Shown here in pieces: positions 1-8,946 of a stretch of 64,000 nt of DNA. How positions within the stretch are numbered: position 1 is the stretch's first letter; each line of letters opens with the position of its first letter. Location of the stretch: the IMG/VR virus record IMGVR_UViG_3300012943_000028, positions 240,642-304,641 of that record, one strand, 5' to 3'. This stretch comes from a virus. Taxonomy: Duplodnaviria > Heunggongvirae > Uroviricota > Caudoviricetes. The translations under genes were made by a program, and so were the position numbers. The notes under the pieces are model-generated. The model ran no database searches. It saw nothing but the letters and a program-made list of their open reading frames with translations, and had not been told where the DNA came from.

Positions 1-286
1 AGGAGTCTGGGTAGCGGTCCTCGACCCAGCCTTCCTTGACCATCAGCATGCGTGGGTCCACCTTGCTGTAGAGCGGGAAGATGGTGCGTGGCGTGCGGGT
101 GCCGTCGGGGTGGCGCCAGTAGTCGAGCGTCACGCCCTTCTGCTCGTCCGACATCTTGTCCAGCACCTCGTTCCACACCTTGCGGCTGTACTCGTGGTGC
201 GAGCCACGGTAGTCGACGACGTAGAAGATGTGCTGGTTGACCAGCGGCAGGGACTCGGCTGGCCACATCTTGATCCACTTGCTCAT
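1..286 (-). CDS. hypothetical protein; the 3' end is truncated by the window edge, N-terminal ~95 aa visible (MSKWIKMWPAESLPLVNQH...)
   Basis: The ATG at 286-284 overlaps the TGA of the upstream gene (ATGA junction). The ORF is open to position 1. Strand and packing match the neighbours. Confidence 0.45.
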   Translation of the reverse strand, partial: MSKWIKMWPAESLPLVNQHIFYVVDYRGSHHEYSRKVWNEVLDKMSDEQKGVTLDYWRHPDGTRTPRTIFPLYSKVDPRMLMVKEGWVEDRYPDS

Positions 287-735
287 GCGAACCTCTCGGT
301 CACGTCAGGAATTCGGATGGACTCGAGGAGCAGCTCGACCTTCCACTTCGTGGTGTAGCGGGTGAGGAAGTTGCCAGGCTCGCCAGTCAGGCCAAGCGAG
401 TCAAGGTCGGCCATCACGAGGTGGTACAGCGACTCATCGTCCATCTGGCTGGGGTCAGCGTCGTCCCATACCAGCGGGTGCTTCTTGGCGATGTCAAGAA
501 GGTCGGCCTTGAGGTTGTCCAGCTGCTCCTTGCCTGGCTCGTACATGTTGCCGAACCGGCCAGGGGCGTTCCAACCCGAGCTGGTGGTGCGGCAGCCCTT
601 CACGAGGTCGACGAGGTACGCTACGTTCTCCTCAGGCAGGCCCTCAAGAACGCGAGTGTGCCTGAGGTCGTCATCGTTCTCGCACGACTCAACGGTCAGG
701 CGGTAGCCGGCGGGGATGGTCGTGTGCTTAGTCAT
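283..735 (-). CDS. hypothetical protein (~150 aa)
   Basis: ORF 283..882 trimmed to the internal Met (MTKHTTIPAGY). Its ATG overlaps the TAA of gene 728..1105. The upstream extension has an abnormal Arg/Pro-rich composition. Confidence 0.5.
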   Translation of the reverse strand: MTKHTTIPAGYRLTVESCENDDDLRHTRVLEGLPEENVAYLVDLVKGCRTTSSGWNAPGRFGNMYEPGKEQLDNLKADLLDIAKKHPLVWDDADPSQMDDESLYHLVMADLDSLGLTGEPGNFLTRYTTKWKVELLLESIRIPDVTERFA

Positions 736-1105
736 CGGCCTTCTCCGCCTCGAGGATGTTACGAACGATGCCGTCTTCCAGCGAGTAGGTCTCCCACCCC
801 GATGCCTCGAGGATGGCCATGATCTTCTCGTACTGGCGGCAGGGCGAGAAGGCTGAGATGTCCGAGTGGGCGGCACCGTCATCGCCGAGGATCAGCCACG
901 TTGATGGCTTCCACCAGCGCCTCGCTGCCCGCAGCTCGAGCGTGCGCTCGACGAACTCCTTGCGCCACTGCTCTTCCTTGCGCTTCTGCTTCTCGTGCAG
1001 ACGCTTGACGCGCGACCACCAGATTTGGCGGTTGTCGTACTTGATCGTGATCATGGCGCCGCCCTGTTCTTCAGGTACTCGGTGGAGAAGTTGCTGATCT
1101 TCCAC
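728..1105 (-). CDS. hypothetical protein
   Basis: 125-aa ORF with protein-like composition, coupled to its neighbours. Confidence 0.5.
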   Translation of the reverse strand: MEDQQLLHRVPEEQGGAMITIKYDNRQIWWSRVKRLHEKQKRKEEQWRKEFVERTLELRAARRWWKPSTWLILGDDGAAHSDISAFSPCRQYEKIMAILEASGWETYSLEDGIVRNILEAEKADD

Positions 1106-1446
1106 TCAATGAGGGCGTGCAGCGCCACCGAGATGGCGAACGCACCGACCAGGTACCAGCGGTGCGTCAGCAGCGTGAGGTAGGCGGTGCCTCCAACGTA
1201 GAGGGTGTAGCACGCGAGCTGGAAGCTGGTGCGAGGACGCCGCATTGCCAGTATCCTTGCCACGCCCGCGCTGATTGGGCTCTTGATGAGGGCGTTGATG
1301 CCGATGAGCATCATCGCCTCAGCGAAGATGATCACGCACAGGCAGGCCGTCAGCAGGCCAGGGATGCCTGGAACCGGCCACTTGAGGTACAGCAGCAGGC
1401 TGATCGGCAGCCAGAAGACCTTCAGGATTGTGGTGATGAGCGGCAT
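1051..1446 (-). CDS. hypothetical membrane protein
   Basis: 131 aa with several hydrophobic transmembrane-like segments. Confidence 0.5.
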   Translation of the reverse strand: MPLITTILKVFWLPISLLLYLKWPVPGIPGLLTACLCVIIFAEAMMLIGINALIKSPISAGVARILAMRRPRTSFQLACYTLYVGGTAYLTLLTHRWYLVGAFAISVALHALIEWKISNFSTEYLKNRAAP

Positions 1447-1447
1447 C

Positions 1448-1732
1448 TCAGTTCACCTTTCCGCCTTCAGGACCACCGATGGTGACGACCTTCGGCTTCT
1501 GCTCGGCGGGCAGCGGGGTGAGAACGTCGGCGAAGGCGTAGTCCACCATCTTCATGATGTCCTGCGGCTTGTAGATGCCGGCGTCGTGGAGCTGACGAAG
1601 GATGTGGCTCGCGCGCGTGAGCAGCATGGCCGACAGGACCTTGGCGTCGTACGTCATCGACAGCGAGTTCAGCTGCGCGTTGATCTCGGTGGCGGCCTGG
1701 TTGAAGCGCTGGTCTGGGGTGAGCATGTCCAT
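1448..1732 (-). CDS. hypothetical protein
   Basis: 94-aa ORF immediately downstream of the previous gene. Confidence 0.5.
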   Translation of the reverse strand: MDMLTPDQRFNQAATEINAQLNSLSMTYDAKVLSAMLLTRASHILRQLHDAGIYKPQDIMKMVDYAFADVLTPLPAEQKPKVVTIGGPEGGKVN

Positions 1733-1733
1733 G

Positions 1734-1925
1734 TCAGGACTCCTTCTTCTTGGGAAGCCAGAGGGCGAGGACGGCGCTGATCATCGTCAAGATGACGAAG
1801 GTGGCGGCCATGTAGTGGGCGGCGGTCTGCAGCGGCTTCGTGCCGACGGTCACGAGACCGAAGAAGCACGACAGCACGACGCAGATCATGAAGGTGAAGG
1901 CCAGCTTGGTGAAGGTGTCGTTCAC
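1734..1925 (-). CDS. small hydrophobic protein
   Basis: 63 aa, mostly hydrophobic (two transmembrane-like segments). Confidence 0.4.
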   Translation of the reverse strand: MNDTFTKLAFTFMICVVLSCFFGLVTVGTKPLQTAAHYMAATFVILTMISAVLALWLPKKKES

Positions 1926-2134
1926 TTGTCGATCTCCTCTTTCAGCTCATAGCAGCGCCACACGCTGAGGTAGGTGGCGCTCTTTGGGCCTTGCTGCTTG
2001 AGGGCGCTGAACGCCTCCTCAGCGTTCTCGTAGCTGGTGAACGAGAGGACCTGCGACGTGATGGCGGCGGCTCGAAGGCCGTTGTCCTCGTTAGTGGTGG
2101 CGGTAACGAGCAGCTTGTAGCATTCATCAACCAT
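1922..2134 (-). CDS. hypothetical protein
   Basis: 70-aa ORF with overlapping start/stop to its neighbours. Confidence 0.4.
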   Translation of the reverse strand: MVDECYKLLVTATTNEDNGLRAAAITSQVLSFTSYENAEEAFSALKQQGPKSATYLSVWRCYELKEEIDK

Positions 2135-2135
2135 C

Positions 2136-2327
2136 TCAACCTCCTACAACGAGCCAGCGGGCGGCGGGGTACAGGCACACGAAGAAGTAGGCAGCGAGGC
2201 CTACGTCGAAGCAGAGCCACGCCTTCCAGTGCCGAGGCCGCTTCTTCCAGCTGTCACGGGCAAAGTAGATCGCCGCCAGCATGAGGGCCAGGGTGAGCAG
2301 CGTCTTGAAAGGATCAGGGGCGACCAT
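2136..2327 (-). CDS. small membrane protein
   Basis: 63 aa with a hydrophobic core. Confidence 0.4.
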   Translation of the reverse strand: MVAPDPFKTLLTLALMLAAIYFARDSWKKRPRHWKAWLCFDVGLAAYFFVCLYPAARWLVVGG

Positions 2328-2586
2328 GTGGTTCGAACCTCTTCTTCAGGGTAAGGTACGTCTGGTAGTCGGCGTTCTGCTCAAGCTGGAACTGCTCGAG
2401 GTCGGCCGCCCAGAAGGCAGGGAACGCCTTGATCAGCCCGCCTCGGAAGGCAGCGATCTCACGCTCGAGCGCCGATGCACCACCGTCGGTGTGGTAGCCG
2501 CCATACGCAGCATCATCACGCTTCTTGGCGGCCACCTTCTCGAGGTAGGCGAGGAACAGCTCAGCGTCGACGCCCTTGACCATCAT
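2314..2586 (-). CDS. hypothetical protein
   Basis: 90-aa ORF. Confidence 0.45.
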   Translation of the reverse strand: MMVKGVDAELFLAYLEKVAAKKRDDAAYGGYHTDGGASALEREIAAFRGGLIKAFPAFWAADLEQFQLEQNADYQTYLTLKKRFEPHGRP

Positions 2587-2993
2587 GACAGCACCTCACC
2601 GTGGTAGGTGCGGCAGTTGACGACCTTGCAGAGGTACTCGGCACCGGCCTCGTTGAACCAGCGGACCTCGAGGCCGGTTGGCCGTGCCATCATGCAGGCG
2701 CTCTCGTACTTCTTGTCGTAGCCGACGAGGTCGAGCAGCGCGTTGTAGTCGGTCTCACCGACCTCTTCAACCATCGCCTTCATGAGCGGGCGCTGTGCAC
2801 ACGTTGTGTTCCAGTCCAGGCCGAAGTAGGCGTTGAGCGCGCGCAGGTACGGCATGATGTCGTCGAGCGAACCATCGAGGCCGTTCGTTTCCTTGAAGTC
2901 AGCATCACCATGCTCGATGTTGATGGACAGCGAGTAGCAGTTGCGCTTCGTCGGGGCTGGAACGGCGAGCTTGTTGAGAATGACCTCGATCAT
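2583..2993 (-). CDS. hypothetical protein
   Basis: 136-aa ORF; ATGA-type coupling at both ends. Confidence 0.5.
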   Translation of the reverse strand: MIEVILNKLAVPAPTKRNCYSLSINIEHGDADFKETNGLDGSLDDIMPYLRALNAYFGLDWNTTCAQRPLMKAMVEEVGETDYNALLDLVGYDKKYESACMMARPTGLEVRWFNEAGAEYLCKVVNCRTYHGEVLS

Positions 2994-3553
2994 GCGGCCT
3001 CCTTCTGCTTGAACTCCATCACGGCGTGGTACTGGTGCTTGAGCACCTTGCTAGTGAACAGCTCGTACTCGCTCGGCATGGAGAGGATGTAGTCAAACGT
3101 GTGGGCGAGGTTGTTCTCCAGCAGCGCAATGTTGGCCTCGCGCTTGATGTTCTCCTCGCTTGGTTCAGCTGGCTCTTCAGGAACTTCGGGCACGTACACG
3201 AGCCAGCTCCACAGCCAGAAGGTGCTGCGCTTCTTGTCGAGGGCCTTGATGCGCTCTTCCTGCTTGGTGATGTACCCTTGGAGGGCGGCGACGTACGCCT
3301 TGTCAAGGGTCGCCCTCTCGGCAGCGAGCACCTCATCACGAAGTAGCTGCAGCCCTTTCGATGCGTCGCTCTTGAGCGAGACGACGAAGGAGTGGAAGGC
3401 GCGCCGCTCGTCACCATCATCGAACATGATGACGGTCTCGCTGCGGTTGTACGCGCGGCGGACCGACTCGTAGACAGGGTCGTCATAGCCGCAGCAACCT
3501 ACGTACTCACGCTCCCAGCGGTGCTCAACCCAGCGGTTGGTGTGCTCGTACAC
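2990..3553 (-). CDS. hypothetical protein
   Basis: 187-aa ORF. Confidence 0.5.
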   Translation of the reverse strand: MYEHTNRWVEHRWEREYVGCCGYDDPVYESVRRAYNRSETVIMFDDGDERRAFHSFVVSLKSDASKGLQLLRDEVLAAERATLDKAYVAALQGYITKQEERIKALDKKRSTFWLWSWLVYVPEVPEEPAEPSEENIKREANIALLENNLAHTFDYILSMPSEYELFTSKVLKHQYHAVMEFKQKEAA

Positions 3554-3555
3554 GT

Positions 3556-4185
3556 TCAGCTCCCGACACCGATGTACGACTCGTACTGCTCATTGAGCAT
3601 TGCGAGGTAGCTGACGATGTAGTTCTGCTGGCGGCGCAGTGCCTCCATCTGCTTCTCGATGATGCCCTGCGGCGGCACCTCGTTGCGGAAGAAGTCGAGG
3701 TGGTAGCGCTCGGCGTGGATGGCCCAGCTCTCGGCGATGTGGAGGATGTAGTCACGCACCGTCTCGTCGCCATCCTCGGCCTCGGCCGGGCAGAAGAGCC
3801 AGCGGTCTTCCTTCGAACCGCTGCCGCTCTTGTCCCAGATGCGGTAGCGAATCCAGCCGGTCGGCGCCTTCGGCAGCGCTTCCTCGGCATGCTTGAAGGA
3901 GCGGATGTGGCTGAGCATGACCAGCTTCGTCGTGCTGGGCACGCTCATGTCCGGGTTCAGGAGGTCCTTGCTCGGCTTGAGCCACACCTCGGCGTTCTCG
4001 CCTGACGCCTCGATGCCGAGCAGCCTGAAGAAGTGCCAGTCACCGGTACGGCCAGGTGCGGCCCACTCGATGTAGATTTCGTGGCCGATCAGCGCCATCA
4101 GGGACTTGCCCTTGTCGCTCGTGCCGGCGAAGATCGGTGACCAGCCTTTCGGACGGGCGCCTGGTTCGAGGGTCGATGTGGACAT
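3556..4185 (-). CDS. hypothetical protein
   Basis: 209-aa ORF. Confidence 0.5.
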   Translation of the reverse strand: MSTSTLEPGARPKGWSPIFAGTSDKGKSLMALIGHEIYIEWAAPGRTGDWHFFRLLGIEASGENAEVWLKPSKDLLNPDMSVPSTTKLVMLSHIRSFKHAEEALPKAPTGWIRYRIWDKSGSGSKEDRWLFCPAEAEDGDETVRDYILHIAESWAIHAERYHLDFFRNEVPPQGIIEKQMEALRRQQNYIVSYLAMLNEQYESYIGVGS

Positions 4186-4532
4186 CAGAAGTACCTCACC
4201 TCGTTGATGGTGACATCACCAGCCGGCGTGATGACAGCTCGTGCCTTCTCGAAGAGCGGCTTCTGCTCGTTCTCGAAGCGGCCGTCCATCTCACGCAGCA
4301 CGTAGACGTCCTCGCCGAGGGTGGCGGCCAGCTCCTTCAGCTTGGCCTCGTCGTTCGTGATGTCGATGTCGCCGTACCACAGCTTGCCGTGGCCCTTCGT
4401 GCAGACGTTGCCGTTGAACACGACCACGTGGGTCGGGAAGCGGCTCGAGTAGCTGGACTTCGACGCGCTGATCATGCGGCCGCAGTGGCCGAGGATGCGG
4501 TCGACGGTCTCGTAGTTGGTGTCAACGCCCAT
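4185..4532 (-). CDS. hypothetical protein
   Basis: 115-aa ORF. Confidence 0.5.
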   Translation of the reverse strand: MGVDTNYETVDRILGHCGRMISASKSSYSSRFPTHVVVFNGNVCTKGHGKLWYGDIDITNDEAKLKELAATLGEDVYVLREMDGRFENEQKPLFEKARAVITPAGDVTINEVRYF

Positions 4533-4800
4533 TGCGCTTGCTCCTTCTTTCGTTCATCAGGTTTGTCCATGCGTCGATGCCGTACATGTGGACCGGCTTC
4601 TCGACGATCTGCAGCTCAACGATGCAGGCTCCCTTCTCGTTGTAGATGCGCCGGTCGGTCGGTGACAGGCACTTCACGTGGTTCGATACCGCAGACGAGG
4701 ACGAGAAGTTCCTCGCGTGCTTGCCAAACTGAGGGCTGCCCCACTTGACGTTCCGCAGCCAAGTTCCGTCGGCGGCCTGAATTCGGTAGATCGTCTTCAT
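4522..4800 (-). CDS. hypothetical protein (~92 aa)
   Basis: ORF 4522..4893 trimmed to the internal Met (MKTIYRIQ). Its ATG at 4800 overlaps the TGA of the upstream gene. Confidence 0.45.
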   Translation of the reverse strand: MKTIYRIQAADGTWLRNVKWGSPQFGKHARNFSSSSAVSNHVKCLSPTDRRIYNEKGACIVELQIVEKPVHMYGIDAWTNLMNERRSKRNGR

Positions 4801-4988
4801 GCTGCGTCGACGACCTTCAACTTGCCGAAGCCACCGGTCCAGAGCTCCTGGCGGCGGTCGAGGTTGGAGCCGAGCGTGATGTTCATGTGCCACGTCGGGT
4901 TGGGGTTCCAGTTGCCCGACTCCAGCAGCTTGATGATCTGCTCCGAGCTCTCTTCGTTCAGCTCGAATACCACCTTCTTACGAGACAT
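4797..4988 (-). CDS. hypothetical protein
   Basis: 63-aa ORF. Confidence 0.4.
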   Translation of the reverse strand: MSRKKVVFELNEESSEQIIKLLESGNWNPNPTWHMNITLGSNLDRRQELWTGGFGKLKVVDAA

Positions 4989-6363
4989 ACTTGAACTCCT
5001 TCAGCTCGCGACGGAACATCTCGTCGGCGGAATCCGCCTCGAGGGAGGCGAGGACCTTCTTCAGGTCGGCGACCTCGTTCTTGAGCTCGTCGATCTTGTC
5101 CTTCGTGAGGTTCCACATCTGCATCTGCAGCAGGCGGTCGTAGTCGACGAACTTGTTCTTGAGCAGCAGCTCGACAAGGTCGTCCTTCTTGCGATTGCGG
5201 AACTTGTCCACGTTGTCGAGGTAGAAGAGGATGAAGCGCAGCTTCTCGCTCATCCACCTGATGGACTCCTTGGTGGTGGCGATCTGCAGCTGCCGACGGT
5301 CTTCGTAGCGGGCGACTCGCCAGGTGGTGAAGCGCTCGATGATGTCCTCGACCGAGTCGAACCGCTTCAGCGTGCCGTCGATGTCCCAGAGCGTGTAGTT
5401 CTCCGTGTCACGCGCAACCAGCTTGAACTTGCGGTACAGCTCCTCGACGTCGAGGGCGGTGGTGCTGCGCGGGACGGTGATGGTGAAGTCGAACTTCGTC
5501 TCGTCAGTCTTGCCGATGTCGTAGTCCTTGACGAAGCCGCTCTCCTCGAGCTTGTGGAGCGTGTCCTTGAAGTCGTCGAGGTAGGTGCCGACTGGAAGTT
5601 CGGTCACCTTGATGGTGGTCGAGTTGACGACCTCCAGCTTGCCAGTGATCACGACCTGGCCCGTTTCTGGGTTGCGCTCGATCGTGCCGCTGAAGCCCTT
5701 GTACCAGGGAGTCAGCGTGCCGGCCTTCAGCTTCTTGCCGTCGAGGACCTTCAGCACGGCATCACGCACGTGCAGTGGGTGGTACGCCATGATCAGTGAG
5801 GCGTGACCAGTGCCGGTGCCGACCGAGCCGTTGATGAGGGCGATCGGCAGCAGTGGCGCGTACGTCTTCGGTTCGATCTTCTCGCCGTCCGTCTCGTTGT
5901 GCTCGAGGATGGCGTCGTCGGCCTTGTTGAAGAGAGAGCGGAAGTAGGGTGAGAGCTTCGTCTCGATGTACCTCGCGGCGGCAGGCTCTGCTGTCAGGCG
6001 ACTGCCGAACTGGCCTTCAGGTACGAAGAGGTTCATGTTGTTCGAGCCAGCGTAGTTCGTAGCGAGGCCGACGATGGTGCTCTGCATCGAACCGATACCG
6101 TGGTGGTAGTCGGTGCTGGCGGCGATGGCGGCGGCGAGACGCTCGACCTGGATCAGGCCAGCGGATTCACCACGAAGGAAGGTGCCATAGAGCGCCTTGC
6201 GCTGCGACGGCTTGAGGCCGTCCGTCAGGCGAGGGATCGAGCGAACGTTGTCGTACAGCGAGAACTCCTTGAAGGCAGAGTTCATGAAGTGCTGCGCGCG
6301 AATCTGGCGGCTGGCACGATATGCAGCGGAATCAGTCATCGTGTTGGTTCCCTTTGTTGCCAT
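4978..6363 (-). CDS. DNA topoisomerase II medium subunit (T4 gp52-like, GyrA-like breakage-reunion domain)
   Basis: Contains DGLKPSQRK (GyrA/ParC active-site region). The length and domain order fit the T4 gp52 family. The start is uncertain: ATG at 6363 (MATKG; leaderless, 6 nt after the -10) or 6339 (MTDSAAY, with an AAAGGGAA ribosome-binding site). The ORF-track start at 6399 lies upstream of the predicted promoter -10. Confidence 0.85.
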   Translation of the reverse strand: MATKGTNTMTDSAAYRASRQIRAQHFMNSAFKEFSLYDNVRSIPRLTDGLKPSQRKALYGTFLRGESAGLIQVERLAAAIAASTDYHHGIGSMQSTIVGLATNYAGSNNMNLFVPEGQFGSRLTAEPAAARYIETKLSPYFRSLFNKADDAILEHNETDGEKIEPKTYAPLLPIALINGSVGTGTGHASLIMAYHPLHVRDAVLKVLDGKKLKAGTLTPWYKGFSGTIERNPETGQVVITGKLEVVNSTTIKVTELPVGTYLDDFKDTLHKLEESGFVKDYDIGKTDETKFDFTITVPRSTTALDVEELYRKFKLVARDTENYTLWDIDGTLKRFDSVEDIIERFTTWRVARYEDRRQLQIATTKESIRWMSEKLRFILFYLDNVDKFRNRKKDDLVELLLKNKFVDYDRLLQMQMWNLTKDKIDELKNEVADLKKVLASLEADSADEMFRRELKEFKYVS

Positions 6364-6420
6364 GTGGCTATTATACCTCGAACCTGTGTGAAAGTACACT
6401 TAACATAATGTGCCTCAGCC
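6361..6420 (-). promoter_or_regulatory. conserved phage promoter motif copy 1 (TTAACATAAT half-site, GTGTAC box, 18 nt, TATAAT)
   Basis: Minus strand reads CATTATGTTAA-GTGTAC-N18-TATAAT-AGCCAC-ATG. Same architecture as five other intergenic sites. Confidence 0.55.
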
Positions 6421-6421
6421 G

Positions 6422-6745
6422 TCAGAGCTTGACCGAGACAGTCGTGTGGAGCTTCACCTCGCCAGGGTGGGCGTAGAAGACCTTGAACTTCTTGCTGTAG
6501 TGGCTCTCGGCCTCCCGCAGAATCCACCAGTTCAGTGCCTCCTCGCTCTCGAACCAGGCCACCGTCAGGTAGTTGTCAGTGCAGCTGCTCGAACCGCCGT
6601 ACGGGTCGGGATACGACCGTGTCTCGTTCTGGAAAACGAAGAACTGGGCGGAACTTGGCAGCTTGTCCACGCTTGATACAACGTGGCACTGCTTGTTGTA
6701 CTTCGTGTAGGCGTCTCGCTCTGCGTCTGACATTCCCATGATCAT
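6422..6745 (-). CDS. hypothetical protein
   Basis: 107-aa ORF between the two topoisomerase subunit genes. Confidence 0.45.
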   Translation of the reverse strand: MIMGMSDAERDAYTKYNKQCHVVSSVDKLPSSAQFFVFQNETRSYPDPYGGSSSCTDNYLTVAWFESEEALNWWILREAESHYSKKFKVFYAHPGEVKLHTTVSVKL

Positions 6746-8694
6746 GCCTCGATGAAGTCTTCGAAGTTGGCGGCCGGCGTTTCGAGCCAGGACTTGCGAT
6801 CGTCGGCCCGCTGGCCGTTGAAGGCGAGGTCGATGGCGGCCTTGTCATCCTTGTCACGGACGCTGATCTTGAAGAGGTAGCGGTCCAGGCTCTCCATGTA
6901 GGGCTTGAAGTCGGGGGTCTTGGTCGTGCCGAGACCCTTGAAGTAGCGGTGCGTCCAGCCTCGCAGCTTCTCGCCGTCCTTCTTGACCCAGTCCTTGAAC
7001 TCCCGCTCGGTGAAGAACTCGTGGACGACCTTGTCCTTCACGTACACCTTCACGATCGGCGTGCGGAGGATGTGGACGAAGCCCATCTCGAAGAGCTCCG
7101 GCCAGAAGTGGTCGAAGAGGTTGATGAGCAGGCCAGAAATGTGGGCACCGTCAACGTCTGCGTCGGTGGCGAAGGCGACCCGCCCGAAGCGAAGCTCGCG
7201 GAGCGTGTTGACCTTGACGCCGATCTGCAGGCCGATGATCGTGAGAATCTTCTGGATTTCGTTCGGCTCCGTCTTGCCTTCCTTCCGCTTGTCGAGGCCG
7301 AGCACGCGGGCAATCTCCTTCTCGCGTACGTTGAGCGGCTTGCCCTTGAGCGGGAAGGTTGCGACATATTGGTGGTCAGCGGTTGCGAAGAGGGACTTGG
7401 ACGCCGAGTCACCTTCTGCCAGGAAGAGCGTGCACTTGCTGCGATCTGCCTTCTCGCTGGCGTCGTTGAACTTGTCGATGCGCTTGGGGTTGGCCTTGTC
7501 GAGGTCCTTGTTGAGCTTGCGCAGCTCGCGCAGCTCGTCCATCTGCTGCTTTGCCATGACCCAGTCGATGATGGCCTGGATGATCGACGACTTGACGATC
7601 TTGTTGATCATCTTGTCGGGCACCGTCCATGTCGTCTTGTAGTCCTTCACCTCGGTGATGAGGTCTTCCTTCGTCTGCGACGAGTAGCGAGGGTTGACGA
7701 TGTTGCAGTCGAGGAAGAGGGTGAGGTGCTGGCGGATGTCGGCGGGCTTGACCTCGACCTTGTGCTTGCGCTTGATGTGGTCTCGCAGGCTGTCGACGAT
7801 CTGGTTGATGACGTACGTGATGTGCGATCCGCCGATCTTCGTGTTCGTGCCGTTCACGAAGGAGACGTGCTGGAAGCCGTCGTCGCTGGAGGCGATGGCG
7901 ACCCGCCAGTTGTCGGTCTCGTCGAAGGCGTACTCGCCTTCCTCGCCGACGTACATCTCGACGTAGTCCTTGAAGGTGCGCGTCATGATGCGCTCACCGT
8001 TCCAGTAGACCTTCAGGTGGGTGTTGATGCCGGCGATGTCGACGACCCGCTTGAGCAGCATCGCCACGTTGCCCTCATCGAGGGTGCAGCCGAGCTTCGT
8101 GAAGTCGGGGCGGTAGGTGATGCGCGTGTAGCCCTTCGAGCCGTCAGCGTCGGTCACCTTGGCAGGCTTGCGGTCCTGCGAGTTCTCTTCGAAGACCATC
8201 TTGAACTTCTGCTTGCCGTCGCAGGTCTCGACGGTGAATCGTTCAGAGAAGATGTTGGTGAGGGCGGCACCTTCACCGTTCTGGCCAGTGAGCATTGCCT
8301 GGTCGTTGTCGTCGAAGTTCGAGCCGGCGCGCAGCTCGAAGATCATCTCAGGCACCCACTGGTTGTACTCCTTGTGCTTGACGACGGGGATACCACCGTT
8401 GTCGTACACGCTGATCTCCCCCTTCTCGGCGTCTACCTCGACTCGAATGATGTCGAGGTGCTTGCCTTCGGGCCGCTTCGAGTGGTCGACCGAGTTGGAG
8501 ATGACCTCGTCGAAAAGCTTGATGAAGCCGGGGTTGAAGGTGATTTCCTTCTTGACCATCCGCTTGGTGGCGGGGTCGTACGTGTAGGCCGTCTCGGTAT
8601 GGGCGGTGATGGAGCCGATGTAGCGGCCCGGGCGGAGCAGAACGTGTTCTACCTCGCTGAGCTTCTTGAACTTCTGTTCGATGGTCTTGACCAC
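6742..8694 (-). CDS. DNA topoisomerase II large subunit (T4 gp39/gp60-like, GyrB-like ATPase plus Toprim)
   Basis: The N-terminal LRPGRYIGS matches the GyrB LKRPGMYIG motif. The 650-aa length fits a fused gp39+gp60 arrangement. GTG start at 8694 with a TGAGG ribosome-binding site. Sits next to the gp52-like gene. Confidence 0.9.
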   Translation of the reverse strand: MVKTIEQKFKKLSEVEHVLLRPGRYIGSITAHTETAYTYDPATKRMVKKEITFNPGFIKLFDEVISNSVDHSKRPEGKHLDIIRVEVDAEKGEISVYDNGGIPVVKHKEYNQWVPEMIFELRAGSNFDDNDQAMLTGQNGEGAALTNIFSERFTVETCDGKQKFKMVFEENSQDRKPAKVTDADGSKGYTRITYRPDFTKLGCTLDEGNVAMLLKRVVDIAGINTHLKVYWNGERIMTRTFKDYVEMYVGEEGEYAFDETDNWRVAIASSDDGFQHVSFVNGTNTKIGGSHITYVINQIVDSLRDHIKRKHKVEVKPADIRQHLTLFLDCNIVNPRYSSQTKEDLITEVKDYKTTWTVPDKMINKIVKSSIIQAIIDWVMAKQQMDELRELRKLNKDLDKANPKRIDKFNDASEKADRSKCTLFLAEGDSASKSLFATADHQYVATFPLKGKPLNVREKEIARVLGLDKRKEGKTEPNEIQKILTIIGLQIGVKVNTLRELRFGRVAFATDADVDGAHISGLLINLFDHFWPELFEMGFVHILRTPIVKVYVKDKVVHEFFTEREFKDWVKKDGEKLRGWTHRYFKGLGTTKTPDFKPYMESLDRYLFKISVRDKDDKAAIDLAFNGQRADDRKSWLETPAANFEDFIEA

Positions 8695-8724
8695 GGTTTG
8701 CCTCAGGCTTCTGTTGAGATAGGA

Positions 8725-8790
8725 CTATCTTATCACGAACCTGTGGAAAGGTACACAGGTCACCCAGTTAACATAATGTCAGGCTACCTG
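8725..8790 (-). promoter_or_regulatory. conserved phage promoter motif copy 2
   Basis: Minus strand reads CATTATGTTAAC-N9-CCTGTGTAC-N18-TAAGAT, upstream of the topoisomerase large-subunit gene. Confidence 0.55.
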
Positions 8791-8946
8791 GCCGAGGGCC
8801 CGGTTGCACTCATATGAGCAGGCTGGTTTGTGACCGCTGATGGCCCGTGAGATGGCGTTCATGTCCCCGTCAGGGAACATCTTGCGGCAGTGCGCGCACT
8901 CGATGTCAGGCGGACGCTGGTATTTCGGCTCTTTCTTTGACTTCAT
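8779..8946 (-). CDS. small Cys-rich protein (possible zinc ribbon), weakly supported
   Basis: ORF 8779..8994 trimmed to the internal Met (MKSKKEPKYQRPPDIECAHCRK...). It overlaps the 3' end of queC and the promoter copy 2 elements. Confidence 0.3.
   Translation of the reverse strand: MKSKKEPKYQRPPDIECAHCRKMFPDGDMNAISRAISGHKPACSYECNRALGQVA

Noticed and set aside
283-882. Long 5' extensions in the ORF track for several minus-strand genes (283..882, 12606..13007, 13381..13962, 16505..17221, 24848..25720, 40011..40763, 54627..56390 and others)
   Set aside because: The extensions overlap the upstream gene by 50-250 nt and have an abnormal Arg/Pro/His-rich composition. Internal Met codons give ATGA/TAATG coupling or a ribosome-binding site, and the recognisable domain begins there. 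The coordinates were trimmed accordingly.
6949-8817. 622-aa plus-strand ORF, and similar long plus-strand ORFs at 4056..4748, 4678..5799, 2601..3092 and 27557..28297
   Set aside because: They lie antisense inside well-supported minus-strand genes (topoisomerase subunits, HNH). Their translations are low-complexity and Arg/Val/Leu/Asp-rich, typical of the reverse frame of GC-rich coding DNA, and they have no start context.
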